Below, piece by piece: positions 38,468-46,106 of a stretch of 46,106 nucleotides of DNA; within the stretch, counting starts at the first letter, position 1, and the number at the start of each line of letters is the position of its first letter. The position numbers were made by a program, and so were the translations under genes. A model generated the notes under the pieces. That model ran no database searches. It was not told the DNA's origin and saw only the letters and a list, made by a program, of their open reading frames with translations. The stretch lies in the sequence record DRR723986_4124, one strand, 5' to 3'.

Positions 38468-40624
38468 ATGAGCGATTCGATCTACGACAAGTCCGCCGCA
38501 ACGCCGGAGCAGTGGCGTGAACTGGCGACCCAGCAATTGCGCGGTAAAAGCCCTGATGATCTGGTGTGGCACACGCCGGAAGATATCGCCGTAAAGCCGC
38601 TGTATACGCAGGCGGACCTTGAGGGGCTGGACTACACCGACACCATGCCGGGGATTTCGCCGTTTATTCGCGGCCCCCAGGCCACCATGTATGCCGGGCG
38701 TCCCTGGACGATCCGCCAGTATGCCGGCTTCTCCACCGCCGAAGAATCGAACGCGTTCTATCGCAAGGCGCTGGCCGCTGGCGGTCAGGGTATCTCGGTG
38801 GCGTTTGACCTCGCCACACACCGCGGTTATGACTCGGACCACCCGCGGGTGAGCGGCGATGTGGGCAAGGCCGGTGTGGCGATTGACTCGGTAGAGGACA
38901 TGAAGATCCTGTTCAACGGCATACCGCTGGACAAGGTCTCGGTGTCGATGACCATGAACGGTGCCGTATTGCCCGTGCTGGCCGGTTATATCGTCGCCGC
39001 GGAAGAGCAGGGCGTTACCCAGGATCAGTTGGCGGGTACGATCCAGAACGATATTCTCAAGGAGTTCATGGTCCGCAATACCTATATTTACCCGCCGGCA
39101 CCGAGTATGAAGATCATCGGCGATATTATCGCCTATTGCTCGCAGCACATGCCCCGCTTCAACACCATTTCGATCTCCGGTTACCACATCCAGGAAGCCG
39201 GCGCCAACGCCGCACTGGAATTGGCCTACACCCTGGCTGACGGTAAGGAATATATCCGCACCGCGATTGCCGCCGGCCTGGGCATTGATGACTTCGCGCC
39301 GCGCCTGTCCTTTTTCTGGGGCATCGGCATGAATTTCTACATGGAAATCGCCAAGATGCGTGCCGCGCGCTTGCTCTGGGCGCGCATCGTGGGCGAGTTC
39401 GATCCGCAGAACCCGAAGAGTTCCATGCTGCGTACCCACAGCCAGACCTCTGGCTGGTCGCTGACCGAGCAGGACCCGTACAACAACGTAGTGCGCACCA
39501 CCATCGAGGCCATGGCTGCGGTGTTTGGCGGCACTCAGTCGCTGCACACCAATGCGCTGGATGAGGCGATTGCGCTGCCGTCTGATTTCGCCGCGAGGAT
39601 TGCCCGCAATACCCAGCTGGTCATCCAGGAAGAAACCGGGATTACCCGGGTTGTGGATCCCTGGGGCGGATCCTACATGATGGAGAGCCTCACCCAGGAC
39701 ATCGCCGATAAGGCCTGGGAACTGATTGAGGAGATCGAGCAGGCCGGAGGCATGGCCAAGGCTATTGAAACCGGGATGCCGAAGCTGCGGATTGAGGAAG
39801 CGGCGGCGCGTAAGCAGGCCCGGATCGATCGCGGCGACGACGTTATTGTTGGCGTTAACAAGTACACCATCGACGAGAAGGACGAGGTGGATGTGCTGGA
39901 GATCGATAACGATGCGGTTCGCGAGTCACAGCTAAAGCGCCTCGCCGAATTGCGCAGTAAGCGGGACGAGTCTGCGGTAGAGGCTATACTGGAAGAGATT
40001 TACCAGGCAGCGGTCAGTGGGCAGGGTAACTTGCTCCAGCTGGCCGTTGAAGCCACTCGTCGCCGGGCGACTGTGGGGGAGATTTCCTACGCCATGGAAC
40101 GCGAATTCGGACGCTTTAACGCCCAGGCCCAGACCGTGTCCGGCGTCTATGGCTCGGCGTTCCAGGATGACCAGGGCTGGCAGGCGATCAGTGCCGATAT
40201 CGATGCCTTCGTCGAGCGCCACGGTCGCCGCCCCCGGATGCTGGTCTGTAAAATGGGCCAGGATGGACATGATCGCGGGGCCAAGGTCGTGGCAACCGCT
40301 TTTGCGGATGTCGGCTTCGATATTGACCTGTCGCCGATGTTCTCTACCCCGGAGGAGGTTGCCCGGCAGGCAGTGGAGAACGATGTGCACGTGGTTGGCG
40401 CATCGTCGCTGGCGGCGGGCCACAAGACCCTGATTCCGGAACTGATCGCGGAGTTGAAGAAGCAGGGTGCCAACGAGATTATTGTGATCGCCGGTGGCGT
40501 GATTCCCCAGCAGGATTATCCCTTCCTGTACGAGGCTGGTGTGAAGTGCATCTTCGGGCCAGGAACGCCCATCCCGGTCGCTGCGCGCGACGTGCTCACC
40601 GCGGTTAACGCGGCGCAGGAATAG
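38468..40624 (+). CDS. scpA: Methylmalonyl-CoA mutase (B12-dependent)
   Basis: [51 protein letters not shown] (DxHxxG), SSLAAGH. Confidence 0.98.
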   Translation: MSDSIYDKSAATPEQWRELATQQLRGKSPDDLVWHTPEDIAVKPLYTQADLEGLDYTDTMPGISPFIRGPQATMYAGRPWTIRQYAGFSTAEESNAFYRKALAAGGQGISVAFDLATHRGYDSDHPRVSGDVGKAGVAIDSVEDMKILFNGIPLDKVSVSMTMNGAVLPVLAGYIVAAEEQGVTQDQLAGTIQNDILKEFMVRNTYIYPPAPSMKIIGDIIAYCSQHMPRFNTISISGYHIQEAGANAALELAYTLADGKEYIRTAIAAGLGIDDFAPRLSFFWGIGMNFYMEIAKMRAARLLWARIVGEFDPQNPKSSMLRTHSQTSGWSLTEQDPYNNVVRTTIEAMAAVFGGTQSLHTNALDEAIALPSDFAARIARNTQLVIQEETGITRVVDPWGGSYMMESLTQDIADKAWELIEEIEQAGGMAKAIETGMPKLRIEEAAARKQARIDRGDDVIVGVNKYTIDEKDEVDVLEIDNDAVRESQLKRLAELRSKRDESAVEAILEEIYQAAVSGQGNLLQLAVEATRRRATVGEISYAMEREFGRFNAQAQTVSGVYGSAFQDDQGWQAISADIDAFVERHGRRPRMLVCKMGQDGHDRGAKVVATAFADVGFDIDLSPMFSTPEEVARQAVENDVHVVGASSLAAGHKTLIPELIAELKKQGANEIIVIAGGVIPQQDYPFLYEAGVKCIFGPGTPIPVAARDVLTAVNAAQE

Positions 40625-40639
40625 ACGGGAACATGCCCC

Positions 40640-41596
40640 ATGGCCTTTGACCTGGATGGCCTGCTGGCGGGTAACCGGCGGGCGCTGGCCAAGGCCATTA
40701 CCCTGGTCGAAAGCAAGCTCGACCGCCACCGGGAGCAGGCCCAGGACATACTGGAATCTGTCCTTCCGCACAGCGGTCGCAGTATCCGTATCGGCATAAC
40801 CGGTGTGCCCGGAGTGGGCAAGTCAACCTTCATTGAGGCCTTCGGGCTGCACCTTATTGCCCAGGGCAAGCGGGTGGCAGTACTCGCTGTCGACCCAAGC
40901 TCACCCATCGCCGGTGGCTCGATCCTGGGTGACAAGACCCGTATGGAAGAACTTTCCCGGCGCGAGGAGGCGTTTATCCGGCCCTCGCCAGCGGAGGGCG
41001 CGCTCGGCGGCGTCGCCCAGAAAACCCGCGAGAGCATGCTGCTGTGCGAGGCCGCAGGCTACGACGTCATCCTGGTTGAAACCGTCGGTGTTGGCCAGTC
41101 GGAATACCAGGTGGCGGGCATGGTCGATTTCTTCATGGTCCTGATGCTGCCGGGGGGCGGCGACGAGCTACAGGGGATCAAGAAAGGTATTCTTGAGCTG
41201 GCTGACGCCCTGGTCATCAATAAAGCCGACGGCGACAGCGAGCAACTTGCCAATCTCACCCGGCAGCACTACACCAGCGCGATGAACCTGCTGCGCCACA
41301 CCACGTTCTGGACGCCGCGAGTGATGACCTGCTCGGCACTGAAGCTGGTCAATATCGATGCGGTCTGGGGTATGGTAATCGACTACTACCTGCAGGCCGT
41401 GGAGAAACAGGTGTTCGAGCGCAAGCGTGCGGCGCAGAACCGGGACTGGATGCACCAGCTGGTGAATGAACTACTGATGCTGCGCTTGAAGCAGAACCCC
41501 GAGGTGAAGGCGATGCTGCCACAACTTGAAGCTGACGTGGCCGAGCAGCGCATGACCCCCTATGCTGCAGCCCGCCGGATCATGAGCGCGCTCTAG
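40640..41596 (+). CDS. meaB: Methylmalonyl-CoA mutase-associated GTPase MeaB
   Basis: GITGVPGVGKST, AVDPSS..GGSILGDKTRM, VETVGVGQSE, GDELQGIKKG, INKAD. Confidence 0.97.
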   Translation: MAFDLDGLLAGNRRALAKAITLVESKLDRHREQAQDILESVLPHSGRSIRIGITGVPGVGKSTFIEAFGLHLIAQGKRVAVLAVDPSSPIAGGSILGDKTRMEELSRREEAFIRPSPAEGALGGVAQKTRESMLLCEAAGYDVILVETVGVGQSEYQVAGMVDFFMVLMLPGGGDELQGIKKGILELADALVINKADGDSEQLANLTRQHYTSAMNLLRHTTFWTPRVMTCSALKLVNIDAVWGMVIDYYLQAVEKQVFERKRAAQNRDWMHQLVNELLMLRLKQNPEVKAMLPQLEADVAEQRMTPYAAARRIMSAL

Positions 41597-41605
41597 CACT
41601 GCAGC

Positions 41606-41923
41606 ATGCGATTCCAGCCGCTCGATAAACTCATCAACCTGCACGACGGCTATCGGCGCAAGTTCAAGTTCGATCACCTGCAATTACTGCTACTGCAACA
41701 TGAACAGCAGTTACACCTGTTCGAGGCCACCTGCCCACATCGCGGCCACTCGCTGGAGTCAGCGGAAATCGATGGTGGCTGCGTTCGCTGCCCACTGCAT
41801 GGTTACCGCTTCCATCTTGCTGATGGCAGTGTAGCCCGCGCCCAGGAAGAGCCCTGTCGTTCGCTCAGGGTGTTTGAGGTGGTTTACGAGGGCAATGAAG
41901 TAGGCGTCATGTTGGCGGACTAG
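41606..41923 (+). CDS. Rieske (2Fe-2S) ferredoxin
   Basis: CPHRG and CPLHG..F ligand motifs. Confidence 0.9.
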   Translation: MRFQPLDKLINLHDGYRRKFKFDHLQLLLLQHEQQLHLFEATCPHRGHSLESAEIDGGCVRCPLHGYRFHLADGSVARAQEEPCRSLRVFEVVYEGNEVGVMLAD

Positions 41924-43509
41924 CGCCGGCAGAATTCGCTGATCGCAATCGCGAAGTTGAGCCGATCGCCATCCGGAATCCCGAAGGTGGTGATTCCCAC
42001 CAGGTTACCGGCCGTATCGAACAGACCGCCCCCGGACGAGCCCGTCGACAGGGCGGCGTCGGTCTGGACCAGTGCGCGACCGTTGCGCGTTCGCTTGCCG
42101 GCCACAATGCCGCGAGACAGCGAATTGCTCATCCCCTTTGGACTGCCGACGGCTGCCACTTCCTCGCCGATCTCGATGCTGGCATGATCCCGCGCCTGGC
42201 GCACAAACGCGTCGGTGGTCGCTGTTGCCAGCAGGATGCAGCGATCGCTCTCGGGGTCAGCCGACACTACCCTTGCAAGGCGTTTACCGCCGGCGTTGTG
42301 CAGTTCAACCTGTGCAGGGTTGAGGATCGTATGGCAGTTGGTGAGCAAGGTATTGGGGGATACAGCCACCGCTGAACCCAGCTGCGCTTCCTCACCCTGA
42401 CGGGAGGTGAGCGTCCAGACGCTGGCGCCATTGTCCCGGAACAACTCACTCCAGGAGCGGGCTCGGGTAGACGCGCTGAGGGTACAGATACCCCCGTTGA
42501 GGGGTGCCCACGAAGGCCAGCCGCCAGCCTGTGATTCACTACCGGGCAGGGCCGGTGCAAGCCCGTTGGCCGCTAACTGGGCGACCGGTTTGGGCCGGTA
42601 GTCGAGGGCGGCCACACGGCGAGCACCCTCTGCGTCAGCTTCCCGCAGTGCCTGGCGCAGCGTGTCTAATTCAGCCGGTGCCAGGGCGCTGATCAGTGGG
42701 TCGACAAACTGCTTACGATCCGTTTCGTGCCGGTAGCGCTTCTGGTTGGTGAAATTATCCTTGAGGCAGGAACCCCAGCGTGCGCCCTGCGCCTGGTCGA
42801 GCCCCCGCTGCCAGTGGTAGTAGCCCAGATAGCTGTTCTGGGTCGTTCCCAGGCCGGCAAAGTACAGGTAGCCAAGGCGCAGCCGCTCCTCGCAGCGCTG
42901 CTCCCGGGTCAGGTGGCGGTCTCTCAGGTCGCTTAGCTGCCGGTACTGGGTAAATGCGATGCCGTAATCGCCCAGACGGTAGGCCATATCCGCATAAGCC
43001 GGGCGCAGGGCTTCATCACCGTAGGCCACCGCCAGACCGGTATAGTGCAGGGTCTGTGTGTCATTGGGTCGAAAGCGGCCGCTGCCCTTGCTGTACAGTT
43101 CGGCCAGGGTTATAGCCAGGCCCCGCTTGATATCCGGGTCCGTACCGGCGTCCAGGTAGACCTGGTAGGTGCTGACCCGGCGCGGCACATCGCCCTCACT
43201 TTGCCAGTGGCTCTCCAGTACCCGGAGGGCCCGGACATCGCCGGCAGTGAGCAGGGCCTGGCAATTCGCCAGTTCACGGTCCCGGTAGGCTTCCATCTGG
43301 GCGTGAGATACGCCACGGCCATAGCGCGACTGGTCCCAGTCCTGCGGGCCGCTGATGGCAATGATCGAGGACGGGCACTGGCCGCGGGCGAGATTGTAGG
43401 GGTAGGGTCGGCCAGAAGAATCCGTATCGGTCACCGTACTCGTCGCGCAGCCCACAAGCAGCGGAAGCAGCAGGCAGGTGGACCGGAGCAGGGTGGTGGC
43501 GGAGCGCAT
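41920..43509 (-). CDS. Lipoprotein with Sel1/TPR-like repeats and a C-terminal trypsin-like serine protease
   Basis: Start ATG 43509 (overlaps the GNAT stop), lipobox LVG-C, Sel1-like LAELYSKG and LGYLYFAGLGT; protease motifs TNCH, SD, QTDAALSTGSSGG. Confidence 0.85.
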   Translation of the reverse strand: MRSATTLLRSTCLLLPLLVGCATSTVTDTDSSGRPYPYNLARGQCPSSIIAISGPQDWDQSRYGRGVSHAQMEAYRDRELANCQALLTAGDVRALRVLESHWQSEGDVPRRVSTYQVYLDAGTDPDIKRGLAITLAELYSKGSGRFRPNDTQTLHYTGLAVAYGDEALRPAYADMAYRLGDYGIAFTQYRQLSDLRDRHLTREQRCEERLRLGYLYFAGLGTTQNSYLGYYHWQRGLDQAQGARWGSCLKDNFTNQKRYRHETDRKQFVDPLISALAPAELDTLRQALREADAEGARRVAALDYRPKPVAQLAANGLAPALPGSESQAGGWPSWAPLNGGICTLSASTRARSWSELFRDNGASVWTLTSRQGEEAQLGSAVAVSPNTLLTNCHTILNPAQVELHNAGGKRLARVVSADPESDRCILLATATTDAFVRQARDHASIEIGEEVAAVGSPKGMSNSLSRGIVAGKRTRNGRALVQTDAALSTGSSGGGLFDTAGNLVGITTFGIPDGDRLNFAIAISEFCRR

Positions 43510-44423
43510 CACAGGCTCATGGAGCGAAATTCCACATCCTGGATGCTGTGCCGCCAGAGTTCCTCGAAGAGATCGACATGGCGCTGGGCCGATGCCCTGG
43601 ACGCGGGCTCGTAAAACGCACTGTGGCCCGCGTCGCCGGGTTTGAACAGCACGCCGTCCGTGTCCCGGGTGACGATGGTCTCGCCTCGCCATTCGGGGTG
43701 TTCCGTGAGCTTTTGCAGCTTGACCTTGCTGGGCAGGCGGCGGGCCAACTGGAGCAACCGGTGCCCCTGTTGGACGATAGGCCGTGAATCGCTGACCAGG
43801 ATACGGACCAGTGATTCACGCCCCCGGCGCGCCAGGGCGGACAGTGCTTCAGCCAGCTCCCGGTTGTCGAATACCGCGGCGTCGAGTTGTGGGCTGAGAA
43901 TGCGCACGTGGCGTGCCGCGCTGGCGGCAAGCTCAATCGCAAACGTGTCAAAAGGGTGGGGATAGCCAACTCCCTGGATAAACCCGGGAGAGAGATCAAG
44001 CAGTGGCAATTGCATGCCAATATGCGGGATCCCGGCTTCCTCAAACACCGGTCCGTCCTCGACGAAGCCCGCGCGTTGGTAAAATGCCTGAGCGTGGATC
44101 TGTGCATGCAGGTAGACCCGCTCCTTGCCCTGCTCGCGGGCCAGATCGATCAGCTTGTCCAGTACCTGCCGGCCTAGCCCCTGCCCACGGTATGCCGGCA
44201 GCACGGCCATACGCCCAATCCGGCCATCCGGGAGCAGCCGGCCATAGGCAATTGGCGCACCGTTCGACTCGATAACGACGTGACTGGCCTGGCTGTCCAG
44301 GCCATCCATCTCGATCTCCCGCGGCACACCCTGTTCCTGGATAAAAACCTGCTCCCGCAGGCCGATGAGGCCATCGCTTTCCCGGTGCCAGTCCGCCTCG
44401 CGGACACTGTAATCACTCAACAT
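43509..44423 (-). CDS. GNAT acetyltransferase with an additional C-terminal domain
   Basis: LREQVFIQEQGVP, IGRMAV, RGQGLG, LHAQ, FY...GF, F.EAGIPH..M; extra C-terminal domain of about 150 aa. Confidence 0.92.
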   Translation of the reverse strand: MLSDYSVREADWHRESDGLIGLREQVFIQEQGVPREIEMDGLDSQASHVVIESNGAPIAYGRLLPDGRIGRMAVLPAYRGQGLGRQVLDKLIDLAREQGKERVYLHAQIHAQAFYQRAGFVEDGPVFEEAGIPHIGMQLPLLDLSPGFIQGVGYPHPFDTFAIELAASAARHVRILSPQLDAAVFDNRELAEALSALARRGRESLVRILVSDSRPIVQQGHRLLQLARRLPSKVKLQKLTEHPEWRGETIVTRDTDGVLFKPGDAGHSAFYEPASRASAQRHVDLFEELWRHSIQDVEFRSMSL

Positions 44424-45555
44424 CTATCGCTCCCGTTGCCAGCAGGAATTCCAGTAAGTCCAGCTGAACCTCAGCCTTGCAGGCAGCCAGCGGTGCCGGT
44501 GCTTCCAGGCTGCCAGCATCACACAGTGTGACCATAAGGGGCAGAGTGTCCTTGGTAAAGACAGCACTGTCGCCGTTGGCGAAGACCCGGATACCGTCAT
44601 CTTCGCGTTGCCAGGCGAGGCGGGCACCAGCAGTAACGAAAGCCTCCTGGGCATCCCCGCTGCGCAAGCGCCGCCGCAGGCGCGTGTAGTCTGCCTGCTC
44701 AGGAGCATGCCCGCTGTGGAACTGGGTAACCAGCTCGCCGAACCAGCTATTTTGCTCGTACTGGTCCAGGGCGGCGTCGATCTGCATCCGCGCCCGCTCG
44801 ATATCATGGGGACGAATCTCACCGGCCCGACTGGCAGCCTCACGACTGGCGTCCGCATAGAACTCTTCCGGGTCGATGTCCTGCAGGACATTGTCAATCC
44901 AGTGAGAAACCATGTCGTTGATTCGCGGTGCACGGAAGCCGATGGAAAAGGTCGTGCACTCGCCCTCGGCGACGCCCCAATGGGCGAAGCGCGGCGGCAC
45001 ATAGAGAATATCGCCGCACTCCAGCAGGTAGTCCTGCTCCGCGGTAAAGTCCCTGAGGATGCGCAGTTCGTCGTGCTCCAGCAGGGGCTCTTCGCTACCG
45101 CACCAGGGGCCAAGGCGCCAGCGCCGGCGACCCTCGCCCTGTAACAGGAAGACATCGTAATTATCGTAGTGGGGCCCGACACTGCCGCCGTCGGCCGCGT
45201 AGCTGACCATGACATCGTCGATTCGCCAGCTGGGAAGAAAATCCACCAGGCGGCGCAAGTCGGCGACCTCGGGTAGCGCCTGGTCAACCGCCTGCACCAG
45301 CAGGGTCCAGGGGTGCTGGCGCTGGAAGTCTGCTTCACTGAAAGGACCATGGGAGAGATGCCAGCTGCCGGAATCGCATTCGATGATTCGGCTTTCAATC
45401 TCCGGCTCCATCGCCAGGCCCGCCAGTTCCGCAGCACTCACTGGCGGCTGGAAACCGGGCACGGCATTGCGGATCAGAAGGGGTTTACGCTGCCAGTAGC
45501 GGGCAAGGAAATGCTCCCGATCGAGGTTGATTTCCTTGCCGCCGTGAGTGCTGAT
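44413..45555 (-). CDS. roxA: JmjC/cupin ribosomal protein uL16 arginine hydroxylase RoxA (YcfD)
   Basis: FLARYWQRKPLLIRNA (upstream of the ORF-track start), WTLLVQAVD, WRIDDVMVSYA..GGSVGPHYDNYDVFLLQG.G.R.W, GDILYVPP..AHWG, SIGFRAP; lies downstream of purB. Start placed at a non-canonical ATC (see findings). Confidence 0.9.
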   Translation of the reverse strand: MSTHGGKEINLDREHFLARYWQRKPLLIRNAVPGFQPPVSAAELAGLAMEPEIESRIIECDSGSWHLSHGPFSEADFQRQHPWTLLVQAVDQALPEVADLRRLVDFLPSWRIDDVMVSYAADGGSVGPHYDNYDVFLLQGEGRRRWRLGPWCGSEEPLLEHDELRILRDFTAEQDYLLECGDILYVPPRFAHWGVAEGECTTFSIGFRAPRINDMVSHWIDNVLQDIDPEEFYADASREAASRAGEIRPHDIERARMQIDAALDQYEQNSWFGELVTQFHSGHAPEQADYTRLRRRLRSGDAQEAFVTAGARLAWQREDDGIRVFANGDSAVFTKDTLPLMVTLCDAGSLEAPAPLAACKAEVQLDLLEFLLATGAIDVE

Positions 45556-45565
45556 AGTCGGCGCC

Positions 45566-46106
<541 letters not shown>

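Overview
A GC-rich, gene-dense gammaproteobacterial chromosomal segment. Gene content and order suggest a Cellvibrionales/Halieaceae-like organism, but that is an inference. The window opens inside tRNA-Ser(GGA). An accessory-looking block follows (about 0.2-10 kb): a cobalamin-dependent radical SAM enzyme with a coupled O-methyltransferase, an unknown lipoprotein with a GDSL esterase, a beta-propeller/di-heme peroxidase-like lipoprotein, and a divergent Tat-exported flavin amine oxidase. Next come an MFS transporter, an LLM oxidoreductase, moaCDE, a flavin reductase, a Nudix hydrolase and bcp. A catabolic cluster follows (P450, amidohydrolase, two GSTs, SnoaL protein, outer-membrane channel, acyl-CoA ligase, MarR). 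The rest holds a Crc-clade ExoIII, a solitary yajC, a D-cysteine desulfhydrase-family enzyme with an AGCS symporter, a CoA hydrolase/transferase, 5'-nucleotidase-cysB-thrH-pabB, a methylmalonyl-CoA operon with an atypical carboxylase, a Rieske ferredoxin, a Sel1-protease, a GNAT protein, roxA and the 3' part of purB. I saw no integrase, transposase or CRISPR array. The strongest leads are the oxidase/di-heme-propeller pair with a structured intergenic RNA candidate, the B12 radical SAM plus methyltransferase pair, an apparent ATC start codon for roxA, the divergent carboxylase, and a catalytically intact Crc relative with AAnAAnAA leader motifs. All calls come from reading motifs by eye; no searches were run.
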